From positions 248,001-312,000 of IMG/VR virus record IMGVR_UViG_3300031951_000001: a DNA stretch of 64,000 nucleotides; one strand, given 5' to 3'. Positions within the stretch are counted from its first letter, which is position 1. Every line of letters starts with the position of its first letter. The notes beneath the pieces are model-generated. The model made no database searches, was not told the origin of the DNA, and saw nothing but the letters and a program-made list of their open reading frames with translations. Both the position numbers and the translations under genes were made by a program. Shown piece after piece: positions 32,901-43,400 of this stretch.

Positions 32901-34426
32901 AAACACCAACCATAACCTCAACTTCAACACAAACACCAACAGTCACACCAACTAATACTATTACCGTTACGCCTTCAACAATATTCTGTGTTGACTGTGT
33001 TGAATCAGGTTACACATATGTATTCAGTTGTGCTCCAACACCTTCTATCACTAAAACGCCAAGTGTTACCCCAACGATAACCTACACACCGACAGTCACC
33101 CCAACCAATACAAGTACCCCAACAAAAACACCTACCCCAACTCAAACTAATACTGTAACTGTAACAATAACTAAAACTTCGACACCTACAAACACAACAA
33201 CTGTTACTAACACTACAACACAGACACCAACACCAACTGAAACACCGACCGCAACGGTGACTAGTACACAAACACCAACTGTAACAGTTACTAGTACTTC
33301 TACACAAACACCAACGAATACTCAAACACCTACTACTACACAAACACCAACCCCATCAATTACTGAATATAAGCCATCATTCAGACACTTTAGTGCATGT
33401 TGTTCTCCACATATAGTATTCAGAGTTTATGAGATACCTGGATTGACAGCCACAACCATTGTTGAAGGTAATATTTACTATATTGAGACAGGTGTGTTCA
33501 GTGGTTGTGCAACAAGTATTGCCGAAGTATTTACACCAAATAATTATTTGTTTGTTGGTGTGACGGCCCAAACTGATTGTGATGAATGTACGTTCTCAAA
33601 TCCATGTCCGACACCAACCCCTACGCAAACCCCTACACAAACAGAAACTCCAACACAAACCCCAACACCGACACAAACTCAAACATCTAGCCCTACTAAC
33701 ACCCCAACTTTAACACCTACCCCAACTAAAACTCCGGCGCCAACTTGTGATTTGATTGTTACTTTGGTGAATACCGAATCAATTAGTTCAAATACTGAAA
33801 TTAATATTTGGTATGATGATTCAGGCTCTATGGGGTCTACACGAGCTCCTTTGGAGCAAATGATTGCACCTGGTGGAATACTTGAAACTTGTTTGATAGG
33901 TGTTTATAACAATGATATTACGTTATATAATGAGAGAGTTCAATTCTTCACAATGCAAACTGGCCCATTAGGTAATGTAAATGAAAGATTTGTTGCGTGT
34001 TTAGCAACTTCGAGAAATGCTGGAAGAGCAGTTGATACTAGCGTTGATTTAGTAATCAATTTGGTTTTCCAAGACGAGAGTGGTGGAGCGTATGTTACAG
34101 GTGGAACTTTTACGCCTACAACTGTATTAGACCCGGATTATGGGACTGACGTTACAACTTTGAGAAACCTCTTATCTTCAATTGATTATGGATTAAGAGG
34201 TGTTGTATTTGCGGTAATAAATGAGGGACAACCTACCTTCCAAGACTTGGTACAAACAACTTTTGTAAATGCGGGAATATATTCACCACCTAACAACTTA
34301 AGTGATTATTACTTGACCAATTTAAACTACCAATTAGGTATAAACGATGGAGATACTTCGACTTATTATTATAATTTGATAATCTCCACACTTAATTCTT
34401 TGGGTATCGTAACACCGGGATGTTGA
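29981..34426 (+). CDS. Mucin-like Thr/Pro-rich modular protein with a C-terminal vWA-like domain (1481 aa)
   Basis: Long TPT linkers, repeated Cys modules, and [11 protein letters not shown] (DxSxS MIDAS) at 33815-33829. Confidence 0.75.
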   Translation: MDTISLFNISGVNPPFIIYICDIYGDNCVEVAIVNNFVPPIITLNVPIVFQDSAAVGVKIITADGCERLETVLCSIITTPTPTISITPTITPTITPTITETPTITPTISITPTITPTVTETLTQTPTNTQTPTITNTETPTNTVTPTLTPTPTNNGCFCYFVDITQLDINRASGNTETTANGVVNLVYYDCSEGIITSAITGSGIYYICNNPSETIDGFSIPVLLNYSQNNFSYSNVFTPLSFSSTFFTDYSTCSQSGDCVLPSSTPTPTPTPTVTNNGCFCYFVNISAIDLANAINNTNPSFDGVVNILYIDCKGVLQRLTISSPGITVICNNVQSSINSFGIDVYITYSNNDESYNNRNDIIQSFYTTDNTNCTEASSCVPPTPTSTKTPTATPTGTATITPTNTLTQTQTPTTTSTSTQTPTATPSPFPSRTPSNSPTPTVTPTVTPSLTVSGFPTETPTSTQTPTVTPTVTQTPTNTLTSTPTVTETPTNTVTQTLSPTSTVTSTSTQTQTQTPTETVTNTPTVTQTQTQTVTITESPTNTPTITESPTNTPTITSTPTETSTPTSTNTNTPTSTSTLTVTPTTTQTVASTNTPTQTPTATVTETQTPTPTNTNTSTPTNTNTSTPTNTVTVTETKTPTPTKTPINCNCIEFFAAAGGAVISYNKCDGTSVTNLFVPGGSTVKDCIINEEYTITSGVIVTNFGSCIDNSCPTPTPTPTTTETPTNTVTPTPTTTETPTSTETPTNTVTPTPTITVTPTKTEFKPLNLWFSGCCQPGQIIQLYEVPGEIGQTIIEGDVYYIESPQFKGCATNIAQTLTDLQYLYLNITNQFTCQDCIDSNPCPTSTPTPTPTETPTQTPTQTPTTTQTPTETNTPTVTQTQTSTITSTPTNTVTNTQTQTVTQTVTVTETITSTPTQTNTTTNTPTQTSTVTNTSTPTSTETSTPTPTNTTTSTPTTTETPTPTPTPTTTQTPTITSTSTQTPTVTPTNTITVTPSTIFCVDCVESGYTYVFSCAPTPSITKTPSVTPTITYTPTVTPTNTSTPTKTPTPTQTNTVTVTITKTSTPTNTTTVTNTTTQTPTPTETPTATVTSTQTPTVTVTSTSTQTPTNTQTPTTTQTPTPSITEYKPSFRHFSACCSPHIVFRVYEIPGLTATTIVEGNIYYIETGVFSGCATSIAEVFTPNNYLFVGVTAQTDCDECTFSNPCPTPTPTQTPTQTETPTQTPTPTQTQTSSPTNTPTLTPTPTKTPAPTCDLIVTLVNTESISSNTEINIWYDDSGSMGSTRAPLEQMIAPGGILETCLIGVYNNDITLYNERVQFFTMQTGPLGNVNERFVACLATSRNAGRAVDTSVDLVINLVFQDESGGAYVTGGTFTPTTVLDPDYGTDVTTLRNLLSSIDYGLRGVVFAVINEGQPTFQDLVQTTFVNAGIYSPPNNLSDYYLTNLNYQLGINDGDTSTYYYNLIISTLNSLGIVTPGC
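32975..33094 (+). repeat. 120-nt dispersed repeat, copy 1 (copy 2 at 34758-34877)
   Basis: 39/40 aa identical; 18 nt differences. Confidence 0.9.
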
Positions 34427-34439
34427 TATATATAAAGGG

Positions 34440-37400
34440 ATGCCAACAGCACTAATACAATCGGTAAATTATGCGGGACAATATGGGGATATAACATTCA
34501 ATCCCCAAACCGGCGGCACCGTATCTGTAGGTGTGCAACTTTTACCATTTAATTATGTTGCCGATTATGTATATGGGGTTTACGTAGTTTGTTTTTCAGC
34601 CTTTAGTGTTTGCTGTGAATTCAATTTACTTGCACCTACACCGACCCCTACCGCAACAATAACTAAAACGCCTACCATAACTCCAACTGAAACTGTAACT
34701 CCCACAAAAACACCAACTCCGACAATAACCCCCACAATGACCATGACTCCAACCCCATCAACAATATTCTGTGTTGATTGTGTTGAGTCAGGTTATACGT
34801 ATGTCTTCAGTTGTGCCCCAACTCCATCTATAACAAGAACGCCAAGTGTTACACCAACAATTACTTATACACCTACTCAAACATCAACTAAAACTCCTAC
34901 TCAAACACCAACGACGACTCAAACACCAACAATTACCAAGACATCAACTCAAACACCAACAATTACCAAGACATCAACCCCAACTAGAACGCTTACTCCA
35001 ACAGGAACTAATCCTCCATCTGTTCCCGAATGTGCGGTAATATTTAATTCATTACAAAATGTATTTTTCTATGATGTTGACACGGACACTACTACACAAC
35101 TTATAGTTCCTGACACAGTTGGTTCCGCGACAAATGATATTGCCCATACTTCAAGTAAGTTGTGGATGGCTAGTGCCAGTGAGATATACGAATGGGATAT
35201 TACTTTGAGTCCGTTTACCGCGGTATTTAATCGTGTAATTACATTACCATCAGGCATAGGTCCTGGGTTGGGGGCAATTAATAACACAACCTTGATTGCG
35301 GTCCAAAGCGGGGGTAATCCAAAACAGGTTGTTTCGGTAAATATTACTACAAATACTGCGGTATTTACAACTCTATTCCCGATGTTGATAAACAGAGGTG
35401 TTGCGGGAGATATTATTTTAACAACAACAAATAAGGTTATTATTACGACTAACGCGACCGCGGCACCATTCGGACAATTCATAACACAATATAATTTCTT
35501 AAATGGTGACCCTGAAGTCGATATTCAATTGAATCCAACCATCACCCAGCCTTGGGGCATTTTTCAAGATAATGGTGAAATTTATATCATGGATGGTAAC
35601 GAAACTAATAATGTATTCCATATTGATAAAAATTATCCGTACACAATTACATTAACAGGTGATACAGGATATTCGGTGTATGGGGCTTCTCAATTACCAA
35701 ATTGTTTAGATGTAAACTTCATACCTCAAATAACACCAACACCAACCCAAACACCAACCCAAACTCCTACAACGACCCAAACACCAACAGTAACTGTAAC
35801 TGAAACAATTACTAATACCCCAACTAATACCCCAACCCCAACTAAGACACCCGTGTCCTGTGACTGTTTTGAAATAACCGCGGTTGGGAATAATGCGGTT
35901 ATTGACTATTTTAAATGTGGTAGTGAAGGGGTTTCGGTAAGAAAATTAATAGAACCTGCAAGACCATTTAAAGTTTGTTTAGAAAATAGTGGAGTTACTA
36001 CTCTTTCAGGGGTAACTCAAATTAGTAATTTTGGTCCTTGTATTGACGGAGAATGTGCTAGCCCAACCCCAACTCCTACAGTCACCCAAACACCAACAAA
36101 TACATTAACACCTACAATTACCCCAACAAATACATTAACACCTACAATTACCCCAACTGAAACCCAAACTCCCACAATTACCTCAACTAGTACTCAAACC
36201 CCAACTAGTACTCAAACTATAACTCCTACACTTACCCAAAGTCCAACACCAACAGTAACTCTTACTAATACCGTGACACCAACAATTACTGAAACACCAA
36301 CAAGTACGGCAACACAAACACCAACAACTACCACAACCCAAACCCCAACAAGTACAGAAACACCAACCACAACCCAAACTCCAACAAGTACACAAACACC
36401 TACCACAACCCAAACTCCAACCACAACCCAAACTCCAACAAATACAATGACTGTAACTCCGACTCCGGTTTGTATAGACGGATGTTCAGTTTTATATGTC
36501 GATAGTGAATCATTAATTTATTCTTATGACTATAATACAGAAACGTCTACAGTAATTTTTGACCCCAAGGCAACAGTAAGAGATATTGCTAACACTAGCT
36601 CAAGGTTATTCATTACTATCGTAAATAGAATTCAAAGATACAGTTTTTCAACTTGCCCTGTGAGTGTTACATTAATTGATGAAATAACTAGACTTTTCTT
36701 GGGTGATGGTTTATTTGCAATAAATGATACCACATTAATTATAACTAGTACACAAGCAATTGGTCAAGAAAACGTACAAGAATTAAACTATATAACAAAT
36801 ACAGTAACCCCTAAATTCTCACTACCAACCGGTTATTCGGTAAGAGGTGATTTTATTCTAACAACCGGCGGAAAATTCATAGTTTCAATGTTCCAAGGAT
36901 TGAGTAACTATATTTTACAATATGACTATTCAACTGGTGAACAAGAAGTTTTATTCCAAGTTTCTCAAATTATTGCCGGATTCTTTGAATTTGGTGGAAA
37001 TATCTATGCTGTGGATACTTCAGGTATTGTTTATCAAGCAATTTTAGATTCTCCATGGGGGTTAGTTTCTACAACTTTAGACCCATTAACTTTTACAGGG
37101 GTTATTAAAGGTACATCCCAAGAGTTATCGTGTTTACCTACAAATTTTAACATAGTAACCCCAACCCCAACTCCTACCCAAACCCCAACTCCTACTGTCA
37201 CCGTTACCGAAACACCTACTATGACGGTAACTGAAACTCCGACTCAAACGGAAACTCCGACTCAAACCCCAACCAATACTGAAACACCTACACAAACTTC
37301 TACCCCAACACCAACACCTACTTTAGATTGTTTTTGTTACACATTTGTAAACACCAGTTTATTAGACAAACAAAATGTAAGTGGTAAAGATTGTAATAAT

Positions 37401-40400
37401 ATAAATTTTGAGTACTCATTACAAATTTCAGGTTCTGAAGGTGACACCGTAAGTTTATGTGCGTCATCAAGTTTAGTTTTAGACCCATTTATTGCGGTAT
37501 TCAATAACGGAGTTTGCGAAGGATTTTGTGGCACCTCAACACCAACACCAACACCGACAGAGACTCCCACACCAACCATTACTGACACTCCTACACAAAC
37601 CCCAACAATTACCGAAACAAACACACAAACCCCAACTCAAACTCCAACAAACACTGTTACAGAAACATCCACATCAACACCGACCCCAACTCAAACTGAA
37701 ACACCGACAAATACTGTAACCTCTACTCCAACAAATACAGTAACCTCTACCCCAACGATAACATCTACATCAACTCAAACTCCAACGGTTACATCAACTC
37801 CAACTCCATCAATTACCGAGTACAAGCCAGCTATAAGAACATTTAGTGGATGTTGTTTCCCATTTGAAATTTTTAAACTTTATGAAATACCTGGATTAAC
37901 CGCTAACACAATAACTGAAGGTACAGTTTACTACATTGAATCCGGTGTATTTAGCGGTTGTGCTACAAACATTGCCGAAACATTCACACAAAATAATTAT
38001 CTATTTGTTAATATTAGTGCCCAAACTAGTTGTAGCGGTTGTTCGGCATCCTACCCATGCCCGAGCTCAACCCCGACACCTACTGTAACATCAACACCAA
38101 CAGTTACTCCAACGATTACCTCGACTCCAACGATTACCTCGACCCCAACTCAAACTGAAACCCCAACTCAAACTGAAACCCCAACTCAGACACAAACTTC
38201 AACAGTAACATCAACACCTACAGAAAGCCCAACTTCGACACAAACTCAAACTCAGACACAAACTCAAACTGTAACACCAACAAAAACGTCAACCCCAACA
38301 AGAACACCTATTGAGTGTGTTTGTTATTCTATAACCAATATAGGTGAATTTTTTGGTAGTTATAACGGAATTTTATGTAATGGTGGACCTTCAGGAGGAA
38401 TACCAATAGGTCCTGGTGTAACATTTACCGCATGTTATGCTAAAGGGTCACTTCAAACTGTGGGAGGTACTTTAACATTTCTTGAGAATGGGTCTTGTGA
38501 GAACTCAATACTTTGTCCTACTAGAACTCCGACTCCTACAAGAACTGGTACCCCGACCCCGACTCCTACAACTACTGAAACACCTACAAATACCGTAACG
38601 CCAACTACGACAACTACTGAAACACCGACTAGTACATCAACACAAACACCAAGTGTAACCAACACTATAACATCAACACCTACTCAAACATTGTGTTGTA
38701 CCTCATGGACACTATATGGAGGTTTAGGTCAATTACTCGATAATGGATTTGTTATTAAACCTCCTTTGAGGGTAGGGGATGATTTTGCATTGATACCTAC
38801 AAATGTAGGCTCACCTGGTACTTTAGTTGGTCAAGTTTTGGAACTAATCAGTGTTAGCCCTCCACTATCGCCCCAATATTTTACAATTTTAACTGCTACG
38901 TTTAACCCTATAAATTCGGCCTACTTATTAACATTTACCCCTACTTTAACAATTAATTTGGGTAGTACCTTCCAGAGTATAATTTATAACATTTATCAGT
39001 CAGGAGGTACACAATTCAATGTTTACAATTGTGGAGGGTCTCTTACGACTTTGAATTTGAATAACAATGAAATATTGGTCATTCCTTGTTCCTATGATGT
39101 TCAGGTTATATCAGGATTCGGGTATGCTGAGTCTGACCCATCATGTGTATGTGTCACTCAAACTCCAACACCAACATTGACACCTACTGTGACATCAACA
39201 ATAACTCAAACCCCAACAAATACAGTAACCGTTACTCAATATACTTGTAATTGTTATTTTATAAATGTGCCAGACATTAGAGATGGAGTAAATTTAGTAT
39301 TTTTAGATTGTTTGGGTAGTTTGATTTCAATAGCACCAAATAATTTTGGAAATTATTGTGTTAGAGAAATAATTGATTATGGTTCAGGTACCGCCGAACT
39401 TGTAGGACTATGTATAGATGGAAATTGTCCAACACCAACGCCAACTCCAACTCAAACCGAAACCCCAACCCCAACTGAAACTCCAACCCAAACAATTACC
39501 CAAACTCCAACTGTTACTCAGACCTCGACACCAACTGTTACTCAGACCTCGACACCAACTGTTACTATCACGGAATCGGCTACACAAACTCAAACACCAA
39601 CACCGACTGAAACTCCAACTAATACTTTAACACCGACTGTGACAATTACTGAATCTGTTACGCCAACAAGGACATTAACACCAACCAAAACTCAGGCACC
39701 ATGTTTATCTAGCTGTGATGTGTTGTTATTAGACAATGTCGGTAGAGTTTATATATACAATTCAGTCACTAACTCTCCACTGTACTTAGGTATTGATGGT
39801 CCTGATGGTTCCTTCGATATTGCACATACAAATAACAAAATATGGTTAAATAGAGGAACTTCATTATATGAATATGATATAATATTATGTCCGTTCTCGG
39901 CGACATTCAGCAGAGAAATTTCAGGTTCAACGGCATTTAGTGCTGGATTATTTGCAATAAATGACACTACTTTAATTGCTAATAATGGAGCGACCCCTTC
40001 TTCAATTTTAGAGATTGATGTTTCGACTAATCCTTACACAGTTACAACAAAATTCTCTTTATTACCAGGAAGAAGAGTTTCAGGTGATTATGTTCTAACA
40101 AATTCAGGTAAGTTAATTGTTAGTAATTTTTCGGGAACAAACCCAAATGCACCCACTGGTGTTTACATAACACAATATAACTATATAACTTCGGCAACAC
40201 CCCCTGTAGATAACAATGTTGATATATTAATATCCCCAACAATTGTATTCCCATATGGGTTATATCAATATGGAGGTGGTTTCTATATTCTGAGTGCGAA
40301 TGGTACACAATATACTTTAGACCTAAATCCTCCGTACACACTTACCGCGGCACCTACAGTTCCTTTACCTCCAAATACAATCAACGCCGCATATTTTGGT

Positions 40401-43400
40401 GCATCCCAATCCAACGGATGTTTCGACAATAACATAGTACCTGTGTCACCAACACCAACCTCAACTCCAACCCCGACCCCTACCCCAACTGCAACAATAA
40501 CACAAACCCCAACTATAACACAGACTTCAACACCTACACCAACAATAACTTCTACAGTAACACAGACTCCAACCCAAACTCAAACACCAACTTCAACAAT
40601 TACTGTTACACCAACTCAAACAAGTACGGTTACATCAACCCCAACTGTTACATCAACCCCGACACCAACCATAACTGAATACAAGCCGGCAATTAGAACG
40701 TTTAGTGGATGTTGTTTCCCATTTGAAACCTTTAAGATTTTCGAAATACCTGGATTAACCGCAAATTCAATAACTGAAGGCACGGTTTATTACATTGAGT
40801 CCGTAGGATTTAGTGGATGTGCGACAAACATTGCAGAGACATTCACTCAAAACAATTACCTATTTGTTAACTTGAGTGCTCAAACAAGTTGTAGTGGTTG
40901 CTCGACAAATTACCCATGTCCAAGCTCAACACCAACACCTACAGTTACATCGACTCCTACATTAACGCCAACGCAAACCCAAACACCAACGCAAACCCAA
41001 ACACCAACTGAGACATCCACTCAAACACCAACTGAGACATCCACTCAAACACCAACCCAAACTCAAACTTCAACACAAACACCGACTAATACACAAACAT
41101 CAACCAACACCCCTACCACAACAGTAACACCAACTTTGACACGTACTCCTGATACTTGTAATTGCTACACATTCTTTAACATATCAACTTCACAAAGTTT
41201 GACTGTAGATTTTATTGATTGTACAGGCTTACAAAACCAAATTACAATAAATTACGGAAATAGTGCTCAAGTTTGTGTTAAAAATAATATTTTCTCGGGT
41301 ACCCCATCAGGGGCTTTAGTATCATTCTTAAATGGTGATTGTACAAATGGATGTCCGACAACTACCATACAAGCTTGTAACCCATTTGTAGTGAATGGAA
41401 CAAATAGAATTATTTATACTTATGACCCAATAACTAACACACAAATTCCATTACCTATTAATACCGAATCTGTTTCTATATACGATATTGCAACAAATGA
41501 TAACTATTTATGGATATATGGTAATTTCGCAACATTAGGAAATGGTATAAAAGAATATTTTATAACAACATCCCCATTTACATCAAGTTTAAATAGATTT
41601 ATATCGGGTTCTACACTATATCAATCCACAAGAAATGGTTTAGCGGTTTTAAATAACACCACATTAATAACGGCTTCAGGTACGGCTGGTAATGTGATAG
41701 TGAGTTTAAATATTTCATCAAATACTTGGGTTGCAACTCCGTTATTTACTTTACCAACAAATAGAGTCCTAAGGGGTGATTTAACTTATACAAACACAGG
41801 TAATATTATTGCGTTAACTTATAATAATGTTGCGGGTACCGGGTCTTTTTTAACACAGTTTGATTTATTTGGTAATCAGGAATTAGAATTCCAAATAGGT
41901 AATTCTGTTGAAGGATTTGGTTTGTTCATGTATAATTCACAAATATTTACGGTTGCCTCTTCATCGGCGTCTCCCGCTGTAGTTAGAAGAGATTTGAACT
42001 TCCCCTATACATCTTTAACAGTAAACAATATGACAATAACAAATGTTGGGTTTGCCCAACCGTTAAGTTGTTTAAATGTTAATTTCATAGGAGTTACCCG
42101 AACACCAACACAAACCCCAACACCTACCCCAACACCTACTACCACTAAAACTAATACGCCTACATCAACGCAAACCCAAACCCAAACTCCAACTAGAACC
42201 TCAACCCCAACAAACACCCAAACTCCTACTATTACAAGTACCTCCACAATTACTCCTACCGTTACAAGAACCGCCACAATTACTCCTACCGTTACAAGAA
42301 CATCAACGATTACTCCTACCGTTACAAGAACATCAACAATTACTCCAACAATAACACAAACGGCAACCCAAACGAATACCCCAACAGTAACACAAACGGC
42401 AACTGTTACACAAACTGCAACTCAAACTCCTACACCTACCGAAACTTCTAATCTGTTTGCTTGTACTTGTTATAATTTCTTCAACACATCAAATAACCAA
42501 CCCGGAACAGTTACTTATTATAATTGTGATGGGGTATTTAGTTCTGTAACGGTTAGTGCCACTTCATATGTTCAATTATGTGTTTCAGGTAATTCAACAA
42601 ATCCATTATACACCGCAACGACCCAAATTACTGCTATAGATGAGTTAGGTGATTGTACAGTAAGTTGCCCAACAATTAATTTGGATAGTTGTATTTCCTT
42701 TTTAGCTGGGGGGCCGGGTAACATCATTCAATCATATGATTTTCAAACTAATACCACAACTTTTTTACCCATACCAAATAGACCATGGTCAATGCTTGGA
42801 ATTGCAAATACTTCAAATAAACTTTGGGTTCACGGTACTTATCTTGGTTTCACCAGTGGAGGTATAAGAGAATGGGATATAACATTTTCACCGTTTAGTG
42901 CAACATATAATGGCAGAACTATAAACATACAAAGTAATACTATATTACCTAATAGTAATGCATGTGGTTTAGTTGCAATCGATAATTTTAATTTATTAAG
43001 TGTGTCAGGTGCTACTGCAGGGTCCCAAAGTGTGGTTAATGTTGATATTTCAGATACCATAACCAATAACGCGGTATTTACGAAACTTTTTGATTTACCA
43101 AGTAATAGAAGAATATTAACTGATTTAGTTTTTACTCAAACTGGTAAGATTATAATAATGACCCAAACAACTACCCCTGTCAAAATATTTATTACTCAAT
43201 ATGATATACTTGGAAACATTGAGGTTGATGTTCCATTATTCACATCAGGAATAGATGCAAATAGTGGATGGTCTATTTTGATTAATTCTAATAATTTGTA
43301 TATTGTAAGAGCTACTACTCCTGGAGAAATTTATCAGGTAAACTTAACTTCACCATATTCGGCAACCTTACTTTCTGAAAGTTTACCAGTTACTGTGACG

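Noticed and set aside
32975-40930. Dispersed near-identical repeats as a DGR template/variable pair
   Set aside because: The differences are mostly synonymous, include C/T changes and are not adenine-specific; both copies are coding; no reverse transcriptase is in the window.
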